Origin: Glycera tridactyla | Taxonomy: Eukaryota | Direction: 5' to 3' | Assembly (NCBI GenBank): GCA_965644265.1 | Contig: OZ286463.1 | Location: 51,398,001-51,462,000, forward strand | Length of the DNA stretch: 64,000 nucleotides | Part shown: piece by piece, positions 26,082-37,616 of the stretch | How the letters are laid out: every line of letters begins with the position of its first letter | Position numbering within the stretch: the stretch's first letter is position 1 | Notes under the pieces: generated by a model | Databases searched by the model: none | What the model was told of the DNA's origin: nothing | Seen by the model: the letters and a program-made list of their open reading frames with translations, nothing else | Translations under genes and position numbers: made by a program

Positions 26082-26705
26082 CAATGAATCTTATGAAGAG
26101 GGAGCTGGATTTCAGGAGATTTATCCTCCTGAAACTTTTGGAGAGGGAGCTGGATTTCAGGAGAGTTATCCTCCTGAAACTTGTGGAGAGGGAGCTGGAT
26201 TTCAGGAGAGTTATCCTCCTGAAACTTGTGGAGAGGGAGCTGGATTTCAGGAGAGCCATCCTCCTGAAACTTGTGGAGAGGGAGCTGGATTTCAGGAGAG
26301 TTATCCTCCTGAAACTTGTGGAGAGGGAGCTGGATTTCAGGAGAGCCATCCTCCTGAATCTTGTGGAGAGGGAGCTGGATTTCAGGAGAGTCAACCTCCT
26401 GAATCTTGTGGAGAGGGAGCTGGATTTCAGGAGAGTCAACCTCCTGAATCTTGTGGAGAGGGAGCTGGATTTCAGGAGAGTCATCCTCCTGAATCTTGTG
26501 GAGAGGGAGCTGGATTTCAGGAGAGTCATCCTCCTGAATCTTATGGAGAGGGAGCTGGATTTCAGGAGAGTCAACCTCCTGAATCTTGTGGAGAGGGAGC
26601 TGGATTTCAGGAGAGCCATCCTCCTGAATCTTGTGGAGAGGGAGCTGGATTTCAGGAGAGTCATCCTCCTGAATCTTGTGGAGAGGGAGCTGGATTTCAG
26701 GAGGG
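26082..26705. repeat. 45-bp minisatellite, ~14 highly similar copies
   Basis: GGATTTCAGG recurs every 45 bp from 26107 to 26692. Confidence 0.95.
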
Positions 26706-29700
26706 TGGAAAGACCAAACTCACTCTCCCAATGGGAGATTGTGAACTTTTCATCTGATGAGAAAGTGACAGACTTATTGTTAAGACAGATCACCACAATT
26801 TTGAGTCCATCGTGAGAAATAAAAAACAATTCCCTACATGATAGCCTTTGTATCATTCAGGAGAACAAACCCAGGCAAAATATGGATAGGTGGGACTTTG
26901 ACAGTCATTCATGAGACAGATAAGAAAAACTTTTGAGTAAGTGATTCTTAAAATCTGTTCTTCTGATGGGAGAATGGCTGAAAAAGTTTTTTGTGGAGAC
27001 TGCATCACTTCCATGAACCTCGGTGCTCAGAAACAACTAAGGTCTGATGTAAAGCAGTGCGGTGCAAAGTGCTCGTGTCTGAGAAAATTTCACATAATTC
27101 ACTGATGACAGAAAGAGACAGAGACAGCACATCCATCTTCCCAAATGACCCACTTCATCATGTTTTACCCTTTAATCTTCTGATAGGTCCACAGAGTTCA
27201 ATTTCTCCATTTATTTCCAAGACACCAATCATCATCATCAGCACGGAAAGATGGTCGATGGCGAAAGTGGCCAAATGATACGTTTTCGACTGTGCCATCC
27301 AACTGCACTAGCTGACAATTATACTTCATTATCTGCCATAATTACAAGACAGATTTGATTTTTGTCCTGTTCCAAGTCGAACAACTTTTGGCACTGATGG
27401 TCATGTCTGTGCTTTTGGTGGATCATGATCATGGACCTTCCTTGGATGCTGATTGTTGGTTGACAGTTGTGGAGGTGCTTTTGGTGGTCGGTGATGACAG
27501 TATTGATGATTAGAGGTGGCAAATTTGTTGAACTGGTGTGATCACTTTCATAGATGGTGGTGGTGGTACTTTGGATGGACACTAGCTAGTGGTGATTGGC
27601 GGTACTTTCTGTGGACAGTAACAGTAGTAATTTTGTTGGTGAAACTGCTTGTGGACAATGGTGCTGGTACTTCAGGTGGCTGGTGGTGGTGCTTGTACAT
27701 TTGATGGTGGAACTTCCAATAGACTGTGACGGGGGTACTGATGGTAGACAGTGATGGTGGAACTTTTGGTGAATAGTGGTGGATGTGGTACTATGTGGTC
27801 GAAGGTATTACTTTCTGTCAATGGTGACAGTGGCAAATTAGAACAGATAAAAATCTGGAAATGGTCACATAGCTTTTTCTGTCTGCTTTCCTTTCATTTC
27901 CACCAAAAACATGATTGAATCAGCAATAACCAAATTTCAGCTAATACAAGATAAAATGAAAAATTCGGAAAGTAAAAGTGAGATTGATGGTTGTAAACAA
28001 TGGAATGCTGTTGTAAAGAGATGTCAAAAATATTCCCAATTGATTTTACATGTGCTTGATTCAGTAGGTATGAGGTGCACGAATTTGGGTGACATATGTA
28101 CAGTGGTTGTTGAGACGATTATGATGTAATGGCGGCGGTTACATTGAAATGATTCCTTGAGAAAGAGATACAATAAATGGACAAAAATAACCATGTGAGA
28201 CAGTCGAAGTAAGTATTGTAGTACAATCAAAACCTCTGATCTGAAGCGAGCATCATTCACAATTTGGGTCGGTTGTTGATTGATTGGTTCTGGTTTAACA
28301 TCACATCGACACCATCTGGGCTATACTGTGATGTCCATGCAATGGGCATGCATGGGATCTTCAATGTCTCCTCCTTCTGGGTCGCCAACAAAAGGTGAGT
28401 ATTTGACAAGTGAAGACTGAGCCCAAACTCAAACTGCACCAATTATTTAGGTTCCCACAGAAATGCCAAGATACGCGTCTCTTATCAATGATTTTTGCCC
28501 AAACAATTCATATTGTTCATATATGTGCAGTCTCAGAATTCAGCTACTCTCCCCAGATAAAGGAAAGAGAGAAAGAGAGAAAAAGCCAAACTGGTAGAAG
28601 ATTGATTCACATATTCAAACTCAAAATCCTATGTCACACAAAATGAAATGTATCATAGAACAAGACTGATAGAAAAGAGTTATGGTGGTGGTGAAGAAGA
28701 TATTCTATAGTGTCATTCCCGATCCAATTGTAGTTGCTGTTATAATATCTCCCTCTTCTTCAACTGGCACAATTTTGGGCTTCACAATATAGCACATATG
28801 GTGCTGATGTGATGTCAGATGAGAACCAACCAACAATCTCCGTTTCTGGGGAGAGGAGAGCTGTCAGTGTTTCCCATGATGTGTGCATGTGTATAAGATA
28901 ATTCGATTTGACCTGAATATCTGAATTCTCTCAGAAAATATGATCATTTTACTCTCAAACCCAAACACATTGTCTATGTCCATCATTATTGTGGACTTCA
29001 TTCTATGTATTAAACACATGGACGAACAATGAGAAAGGGCAAAACTGATAACATTCAAAGCCCATAAAGTCCTTCACCATCAGCAAGGAACAGGGGTTTT
29101 CTCGATACAAAGACTACTGAGAGGTACCAAGACATGGAGTGATTAAATTTCTTATTCTAATCAGCATTAACCCTTTACTGCTTACACAACAGTGTCGTGA
29201 CATGCATCTATGCACATGCACCAGCTTGCCATGACGTGTTTCTCAAGGCAGGCATTGAAATACATTGTGTGCATGAAAAAATCACGTCATGACGTGATTT
29301 TGACACCTCCAAACTGGAATGCATAGCAGCCAATGTGAAGCCCTGCAGCCATAATAATCCATCAATAACCACCAAAGAATTCGTATAAGGCAAACAGAAC
29401 ATGCAGAAAACGATGGTAAGTGTACTTTTTTGATTGGAATCGCCATTTCATCACAGCTCATCAGAAGAACAGATATTACATACGCAATGATCCCGGCAGC
29501 ACACACTGAATACAGGCAAGAAATATGCAGCCGATCTCCATGAAGAATATTTTTTGACTCCACAAGAGCCTAACAAACACATGTGTGAAGATGGCATGTC
29601 CATACTTTGAATATTTTCTTCACAAACGTCAGTTTAGTACAGATTTACGCACAACTTTGGAGGGGAGAGAAATTACCAAACACTGACAAATGACTGAGGA

Positions 29701-32351
29701 TATTTTCTCAACTCAAAACAGAGAAAAATACACAAGAAATATTGGCCGTCATTGAAAAATCATTCAATGAACGTGTTGCCTGTATGCTATTTGTGTAGTG
29801 TAGAAGAAAAAACTGCGAAAATACGACGAATATCCGCTGAATGGGGGCAGAATGAACAGCAGTGTCTGGATAACCACTCTCACTCACTTTGACAAGTCAA
29901 TCACAAGTTTTCATTAATGACTCTGCGTGGGATATTTGCCATCGCTTCAAGAATACCGGTCATAACTGAACAAATCATATATGTATATATTGACAAGAAG
30001 TTTCTCTACACGTATATGAAAATGGGATGACGATATTTCGAATAGTTTCTCCACAAATGGAGACAGAATTTTGGGCCGGCTTTGACAACAAGAATGCTTA
30101 CTGCGTCTCAATATGTGGATTTCCCGGGAAGGAGCACCTCATCTTCATGGCAGAAATAACCCAAGAAATAACCAAAATCCATGAAAAAACATGTGAAAGA
30201 TGTATTCCGCATGGCCTTTTTGTGTGTGTGTGGGGGGGGGGGGGGGGGTGAAGTTAAAGTGTGAAAATATGACGGATATTTGTCAAATGGAAGCCGAATG
30301 AAGAGTGAAGTCTGAATCAACTGTGTATAACCATCCAGCATCATTCTGACACGTTTGTGGAGACGGCAGGTCGATATTCGAAATAGTTTCTTCACAAACT
30401 GGGGTGCAAGTTGGTGACCGGCATTGACAACTAGAACGCTAGACTGCTTGTCAAAGACACGTGTCTTCCGCGAATGTATACATCGCCTTTGAGAGTGAAA
30501 ATACCATAGAAATATTGAACTCACTGTGAAAAAGATTACATGATTGAATTCCTGGATGCTCCGTTGTATATACTCCATGTATGAATCCTGAAAATCGGTC
30601 GAATATTCGCCAGAAACAGTCGAGATGTCAAACAAAAGTTTCATCTCTATGCTCTGCTATGCTGGCTCTGGGCTCCTTGTTGGCTCTCGTTGGCCGGGAA
30701 ATTCCTACATCCGAGGCTCTGATTCACGTGACGTCATCATTCCTTTTTTGGAACATTCACAAAGGGGAATCCCAGGCTCTCCTCTTCATGATTGTATTTT
30801 GTTTATATCGATATTCTCAGTGAAAGCCCTCCAAATGAATCATTTTCTGAAGTATGTAAAGTCATTTTTTCGCGGTATTTTTGGCTAGACGCATCATACA
30901 GCGTTTCATGCACCAGGTGACAGGCGTCAAACGGTGTTTCATGCACAACGGGTAGGCGTCAATCTGCCTTCCATTCACACACAGGTAGGCATCAAACGGC
31001 GTCATATGCAGTAAAACCCTTAGCACTAGATAATGGGAACCAGAAAGGCTGTCAAGTGAAAGTAGCCAACAGTTCAGACACATTTTTACCTATCTAACAA
31101 GAACACAATGAACCTAAAGATGGTATATCTGNNNNNNNNNNNNNNNNNNNNNNNNNNNNNNNNNNNNNNNNNNNNNNNNNNNNNNNNNNNNNNNNNNNNN
31201 NNNNNNNNNNNNNNNNNNNNNNNNNNNNNNNNNNNNNNNNNNNNNNNNNNNNNNNNNNNNNNNNNNNNNNNNNNNNNNNNNTTTTGGCAGCGTGAATCAT
31301 CCATGGCAAGCAGCGGGAAACATCTTCATTGCAGATGGAGAGACTGGCGTTTACAATGACACTAGCGTGCACACACACGTTAATAGTAGATAGCATGTGG
31401 CGAGGAGAACAACAGCGACTTTACCGGTGAATAAGTTCATTATGACTCGTCTCGGTGATGAAATGAAGTATTTCATATTCAACAGTGCATAACGCATGTA
31501 TAAATTGTGTGAATCCGTCGTATACTCGCCAGAAACAGTGAGCTATCGATATAGTGGCAACTTTCCCCAATAACGGCACTGTCTTTGGCCACCGTGTGTC
31601 GCTTTTAATAAAATATTTTTCTTCATAAACGTTCTCACACAGTCAATCATCAACAATATCCGAATTTAACAGTATTTCACGCAAAAATGAATGTTTCTCA
31701 CACATTTCGCTTATTTTTTATGCAGTTTTGATTTAATTCTGATGATTTCATACCAACCGTTTACAAATGGTAGCCTACAGGACATGTGTGTCAAATATGG
31801 TGAAATCATGGCGGATGACCCCGTACAATGGACGATTGTAATGTCTAGATTGAGTGGGAATCCCAAAGTGAAAATAGTACTGTCTCCAACGGAAAAATGT
31901 CAGCATCTAATCCCACTGAGATACTCAAATACAATGCAAATTGATCCCCACTAAAAGCATCTGGTATCCTGTCTAAAAGCACTGCCACATTAAAGTTTTA
32001 AAATGTCCATAGGGATGAGGGTAGTACAGTAAAACCTGTGATGAGAAACCCCCTGACAAAGGGCCATTCCTGGTCACATCCTGATGTGTTTTTGTNNNNN
32101 NNNNNNNNNNNNNNNNNNNNNNNNNNNNNNNNNNNNNNNNNNNNNNNNNNNNNNNNNNNNNNNNNNNNNNNNNNNNNNNNNNNNNNNNNNNNNNNNNNNN
32201 NNNNNNNNNNNNNNNNNNNNNNNNNNNNNNNNNNNNNNNNNNNNNNNNNNNNNNNNNNNNNNNNNNNNNNNNNNNNNNNNNNNNNNNNNNNNNNNNNNNN
32301 NNNNNNNNNNNNNNNNNNNNNNNNNNNNNNNATCGTTTATGACAAGCTTAC

Positions 32352-32453
32352 CTTTGCTTGGAATGAGAATCTTTGTTGAAATGATTTGCCGCATTGTTTA
32401 CACTTGCCTTCTTCCCGTCTTCGATGCACCCAATGATGCCGCATAAAGGTTTG
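32352..32453 (-). CDS. DGKZ: DGK type IV exon, first half of C1b ([34 protein letters not shown])
   Basis: TTTATGTTGCAG acceptor and AAG|GTAAGC donor; 102 nt, phase 0/0. [16 protein letters not shown] is the type IV DGK C1b signature. Confidence 0.96.
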
Positions 32454-32880
32454 CTGCAACATAAATAAAACAAAATCTCACTCAATCCTGGCATTATCCC
32501 ATAGTCAACTGAATGATATGAAGGAATATGGATTCGGCCACATTCAAACATAGACAAAGCCATCCATTTGAGAAAAAAAAGTACAGTGAGACCAGTGACC
32601 AGACCCCCTATCAGAGACAACATTTCTGGGTGGTCTCTCATTGCAGGTTTCAAACACGTGTACAAAATGCACCAATAATTTTCAACACAACATTATTATT
32701 ATCTGATACTCCTGGCTACAGTTGAATTTCTGCTATCAGAAAAATAACAGAAGTGGTGTATTCATCCAGATGACCATGTGGTATGGTGGAATAAGTGACC
32801 CAACGAGGACTACCTTATCTTATCAATAAACTGACAGTTCATCAAATAAATGCTGAAAAACCGGGGATGAGAGCTACAGT

Positions 32881-33155
32881 TGACCTACATTTGAATGTGA
32901 CAATGACCTATCTTGACCTACATTTGAATGTGACATTGGGGCCATTCGACTGGGCGGTTCCGTGAAGCACGAAAAATCAGGAAGTAAAACTTGCATTCTA
33001 CTGGAAGCGTTACTCCACGGCCGATTTTCTCCGAGCAGTAACTTCTTTACGATCGTGAAGTAACTATTTCCCGTGAAGTACCAGTCGAATGGGCCCGATG
33101 ACCTATCTTGACCTACATTTGAATGGGACATTGACCCATCTTGACCTACATTTGA
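32881..33155. repeat. 33-bp tandem repeat (~4 units) interrupted by a MITE
   Basis: TGACCTACATTTGAATGTGACA(A/T)TGACCTATCT units on both sides of 32938-33096. Confidence 0.85.
32938..33096. mobile_element. 159-bp MITE with GGG(G/C)CCATTCGACTGG TIRs (PIF/Harbinger-like termini)
   Basis: 16-bp TIRs with 1 mismatch; CpG-rich; interrupts a 33-bp tandem repeat. TSD unclear. Confidence 0.7.
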
Positions 33156-34571
33156 TTACGTAGATATGGCTGAGAATGGAGCACCTGGACATGAAATACC
33201 ACAACCCTGGGGCATCCTATATCAAAGCACAGTTGGCATTTTCCACTCTCTTCCCAGAGGCTAAACTCCTAAACTACCACAGCATATGTGCAGATTATAA
33301 TAGAAGTCCCTGCTCTATGAATACACAGCACCCTGCATAATTCAGTGGTATTAAATGGAGTAATATATGCCTGCAAGCTAACAGTGAAACCTGCAAAAAT
33401 AGCAACGCAAGACCACTTTCACAGGGCAACCTCCCTATTTGACATAGTCAAATATACCTCCACCTAGAGACCACCTCTTTTGAGAGACATCTCTTTGGTG
33501 ACATTCAGGGCGGGCTCTCGTCATAGATTTCACTGTATTCAAATAAGTCACTAGTCAGCAAGTCCAATGAATCGAGTGAAACCAGTGACGAGAGGCGTTC
33601 TCTCATGACAGGTGATAAGCAGGTTCCATGGTACATTATATAGTAGCATATACACTGGTAAATAAATTTGAAAAAAAATCACCAAAATACAAGCCGAAAA
33701 CAACTGTATACTAATGTAGTTATATAAATCAAACTCGATCCTGTCAGTCATACTGATTTAAAAATCTGCAGTTCCAGCTGAGAACAGCTCTGGGTGAAAT
33801 ATATCAAAACTGATGCCCCTGAACACGTCTACCATCACTTCTATGATTGAATGAGATGAAGCTCATTTTATAAGCATTTCTCCAGGCTGAAATACAGAGT
33901 AGATTATCTAGGGAATTCAGCAGAATGACATAAAGAAATTCAATCATCGGAACAGTGAAGTGGATGTTATTGGCATACCAATGGTTGTCTCAAACCCTCA
34001 TCAAAAATCAGCCATGTGTTTCATGCTGCATTTTGTGTGTTGTCTCCAACCCTCATTGAATATCTTGTGCGAGATCCATGTTTTAGCTGATGCACATGAT
34101 CATGAAGTTTCTTCTAGTGTGTTTCATGGCGCATGCATTTAAGGAGTGATCCTATCATGCCATAAGGTGTAGGAAAAGATCCCTTGCAGGAATGGCCCTA
34201 TTCCCTTCTGTCAATTATATCTCATGAAATATTACTTGGTCTATAGACAATAGACAATAGACAATAGACAAACTTTTATTTAAGTTCAGGCAGACATTGG
34301 GTCATTATAACAATGATGCTTCCCCCCGTCCCTGAAAAAGATAGAATAGAGCAACTGTAATTACCACATGGTACATGAATAGAAAATGTTGTTGTTTCTC
34401 GGCTCGTCGAAAACTTAGTATGATGAATACTTTCTATGAAATAACAAACTACTTGTTCATAGCAACAGCTGGTATACATTTCATGGAGAAAGTCCCTATC
34501 TTATTGGAGAAATCATAGACCAGACCCATCCTAAAGTGCCCGGTCCTGCTCAAGACTAAAACATGGCAGAA

Positions 34572-37500
34572 TTAGTAGTTTTGATTTTTGCATTCGTTTT
34601 GCCACTTTATGAAAGCGGTCTTGAAAGCTCCTTTTCTATTTGCTGGTATTTGTCTTATTTCAGAGGGCAATCTATTCCATAAATGGGGGCCAGCGAAGGA
34701 GAAGGCTTTTTGGCCTTTTTGAGTGCGGGAATTTGGAAGTTCAAGGTATAATTGGGTTGAGCCTCTGGTGCCCATGCCATGTTCGCTTGAGAAAGACAAC
34801 AGGTCATAGAGATACTGTGGAGATATATTGTGCACATTTTTATACATTGCAACGCCAAGATGAAGTTCTCTTCTATCTCTTAATAAAGGCAAGTTCAATT
34901 CATGATGTGTTTCAGCGGATGGGGTAAATCTACTCCGGCACAAAATAGTTCTGCACGCCTTGTTCTGAAGGACTTGAAGATGAGAAGCATCCTGTTCCGA
35001 GATACAGCAGTATACAGTATCGCAGTAGTCGAAAACTGGTACAATAAGGGACTTGTACAATTGCAAGCTGGTATCTGCAGACATATATTTTCTACTCTTT
35101 GCCAAGGCATATAGTCGCTTTGCAGCTTTCTTTGATATGTATTCGCAGTGATCATGGAAGGACATGTGTTTGTCTAGGATAATGCCCAGGTATTTAAAAA
35201 TTTGAACCGGATCAATGGGCTTGTTATGGACTTGTAGAGACAATTCTGTAGAAGAGAATCGCGACTGGCGATTCGCAAAAAGTAGTGACTTCGTTTTCTC
35301 GACATTGAGGAAGAGTTTATTAGTCACTAACCACTTGGAGATTCTATTCAGATCATCTTGGAGAGTATTTTCAATCACAGTTGGGTCTGGTCCACTAAAA
35401 TAGAGTGCTGTGTCATCCGCATAAAGAGACACGTTGCAGTCATTCAGAACAAGTCGGAGATCATTGATATACAACAAGAAAAACAGCGGGCCCAAGATCG
35501 ATCCTTGAGGAACACCACATCGAACCAATCTCTCACTTGATTCATGGCCATTGATACAAGAGATTTGGGGCCTGTCAGTGAGAAAATTCTTGAACCAAGT
35601 GAGCTCAAGACCCCTGATTCCATACCACGATAGCTTTGTGAGAAGGCGTTCATGATGGACCGTATCGAATGCCTTTCGAAAATCTAAAAACAGCATACCA
35701 GTCATATCCCCCTTGTCGAGCGATCTTAGGATATGGTTTGTGATGTGCAACAAGGCAGTTTCTGTCGAATATCCTTTACGAAAGCCAGATTGATTCCTAC
35801 ACAGATAGTCATGCTGGTCAAGAAATGCTTGTAATTGATCAAAAACAATGCGTTCAGCCATTTTGCTGATGAAAGGAGTGAGTGATATAGGCCTGTAGTT
35901 GGCTGGGTCACTCCTGTTCCCACTCTTGAAGATTGGTTTAACTTGTGCACGTTTCCAGGGTTTAGGAAAAATGCCAGTCTGAAGACTTGTGTTTAAGAGA
36001 CATAGAATATATGGCGATACAATATCAATGGCATCATGTAATAGCCTGGCATATATGCCCTTCATGCCTGTTGATTTTGAAGAGGAAACCTTTGATATGA
36101 GAGTTTCAACATCTGCTAAGGTGACTTCGCTGAAGATAAAATTATCACCTTCATGAATTATTATTGGATCATCAATGGCTTCACCTGTGATACCTTCGGC
36201 TAGGGATTCAGCAACCTCGATTATGTATTTATTATATATTTCGCAGATTGCAGAAGGGTTGTTTTCATTGCGTAGCTCCTGGATATGAGTTGCCTTGGAG
36301 CTGGTACCTACAAGTTTATTCAGAAATTTCCAAAGTTTCCGAGAGTTGAACTTGTTTTCTGACACTTTTTCCATGAAGTACTCTTTTTTAAAGGTTTCTC
36401 TAGCATTGTTTCTCCTGTTCCTGGCTCTATTGGCTACAATAATGTCATCAGGGAGATTCGATGATTTTGCTTTGGCAATAGCATCTTTTGTTTCATGAAT
36501 CATGGAAATATAGTCATCATTCATCCAGGGAACATTTTCCTCACGGATATTCATGATCTTGTAGGGAGCTGCCTTGTCTGATTCAACAATTAGGATATGG
36601 AAAAAAGTCTCGGAGAAAGAGGCAAGGTCAACGCCCTCAAGGACCAAGTCTTCGAGAGATTCAGATAGATTTGTTCTAAAACTGTCTTTGGAGTATGAGG
36701 AGAAATCTCTCGCGAAAATTGACTTCTTCTGAAGTGACTTTCTGATGCCCTTTCTTGCTACTACCACCATGTCATGGTCACTGATTCCAAGGGTGCATAC
36801 TCCAGAGTTCACATAAAGCTCTTTGTTGCTAACACAGATGACGTCGATCAAAGTCGCCCCATTCAGCGATATCCTGGTGGGCAGGGTGATTAGTTGGGCA
36901 AATGATTGCATCATTAACATCCTACTAAAATTTGTTTTAGCTGGTGAGGTAGCTAAGAGGTTGATGTTCCAATCTCCCAGGATGAGAACGTCCTTCCTGC
37001 TGTATTCATCCAAGAGATTCAGTAAGTTAGAGATGGATGTCACTGCTAGTTGGTGATCAGTATCAGGGGGTCGATAGCAATTGAAGATAAAGGTTGGCCT
37101 AGTATTTGGCAGTGAAAGCCTAAGGCCTTGACATTCCAAATGCCCCTGGTTCAATGAGAGCATCGGGTTTTGAATAACATTGAGTTTCTGGTTAAAAATA
37201 GTTACTAGGCCACCACCCCTGGCTCTAGTGTCAAAATTTCTATCTTGACGTAGTATCAAGTAACCAGGGAAATCAAGAGACCCCTCAGCAACTCTCTCAT
37301 GGAGCCATGTTTCACTGATGAGTAATAGGTCTAATTTGGTCATTGTCAGAATTCTCTTGATGTCATCAATTTTTGAAGGTAGGCTACATATATTCAGATG
37401 GGCTATCGTGATTCCCTTCATGTTACATACATCGGACTCAGTTAGATAGCTACAAGGGCCGGGATTCAATTCGATGTCGCCAGATAGGGATAACAACCGG

Positions 37501-37616
37501 GTACATAAGTAACGATTTGTGGTAACACTCACAGGCAAGAACCTCATTAACATATCACAAGTCATGAGAAATTGGACCCATAAAAAATCATGGTAAAAAT
37601 CATAGAGACAGCTCAA
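34572..37616 (-). CDS. LINE ORF: 2A-like peptide + apurinic endonuclease + reverse transcriptase
   Basis: APE motifs: HLNICSL, SETWL, CYRPP, LGDWNI, TLIDVI, SDH. RT motifs: YRPISL, QSGFR, LDFRKAFD, GVPQGSILGP, YADDT, KYLG. The track start is TTG; the first in-frame ATG is at 37565. No internal stops. Confidence 0.95.
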   Translation of the reverse strand: MSCLYDFYHDFLWVQFLMTCDMLMRFLPVSVTTNRYLCTRLLSLSGDIELNPGPCSYLTESDVCNMKGITIAHLNICSLPSKIDDIKRILTMTKLDLLLISETWLHERVAEGSLDFPGYLILRQDRNFDTRARGGGLVTIFNQKLNVIQNPMLSLNQGHLECQGLRLSLPNTRPTFIFNCYRPPDTDHQLAVTSISNLLNLLDEYSRKDVLILGDWNINLLATSPAKTNFSRMLMMQSFAQLITLPTRISLNGATLIDVICVSNKELYVNSGVCTLGISDHDMVVVARKGIRKSLQKKSIFARDFSSYSKDSFRTNLSESLEDLVLEGVDLASFSETFFHILIVESDKAAPYKIMNIREENVPWMNDDYISMIHETKDAIAKAKSSNLPDDIIVANRARNRRNNARETFKKEYFMEKVSENKFNSRKLWKFLNKLVGTSSKATHIQELRNENNPSAICEIYNKYIIEVAESLAEGITGEAIDDPIIIHEGDNFIFSEVTLADVETLISKVSSSKSTGMKGIYARLLHDAIDIVSPYILCLLNTSLQTGIFPKPWKRAQVKPIFKSGNRSDPANYRPISLTPFISKMAERIVFDQLQAFLDQHDYLCRNQSGFRKGYSTETALLHITNHILRSLDKGDMTGMLFLDFRKAFDTVHHERLLTKLSWYGIRGLELTWFKNFLTDRPQISCINGHESSERLVRCGVPQGSILGPLFFLLYINDLRLVLNDCNVSLYADDTALYFSGPDPTVIENTLQDDLNRISKWLVTNKLFLNVEKTKSLLFANRQSRFSSTELSLQVHNKPIDPVQIFKYLGIILDKHMSFHDHCEYISKKAAKRLYALAKSRKYMSADTSLQLYKSLIVPVFDYCDTVYCCISEQDASHLQVLQNKACRTILCRSRFTPSAETHHELNLPLLRDRRELHLGVAMYKNVHNISPQYLYDLLSFSSEHGMGTRGSTQLYLELPNSRTQKGQKAFSFAGPHLWNRLPSEIRQIPANRKGAFKTAFIKWQNECKNQNY
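37455..37499 (-). other. 2A-like (StopGo) peptide RLLSLSGDIELNPG|P
   Basis: Exact match to the D(V/I)ExNPGP consensus, preceded by G and a leucine-rich stretch, directly N-terminal to the APE domain. Confidence 0.88.

Noticed and set aside
26047-26856. 249-aa and 269-aa ORFs on opposite strands
   Set aside because: They arise from a stop-free 45-bp minisatellite inside a dispersed repeat. No domain is present and I saw no convincing splice context.
27300-27850. GGT-rich stretch resembling a Pro/Thr-rich coding exon on the minus strand
   Set aside because: Stops and frameshifts occur in all frames; it looks like a degenerate low-complexity repeat.
14409-32446. ORFs containing long X runs
   Set aside because: They only span assembly gaps.
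23771-33155. Short tandem repeats (23, 33, 45 bp) as CRISPR-like arrays
   Set aside because: Units are contiguous without unique spacers, and the context is a eukaryotic intron.
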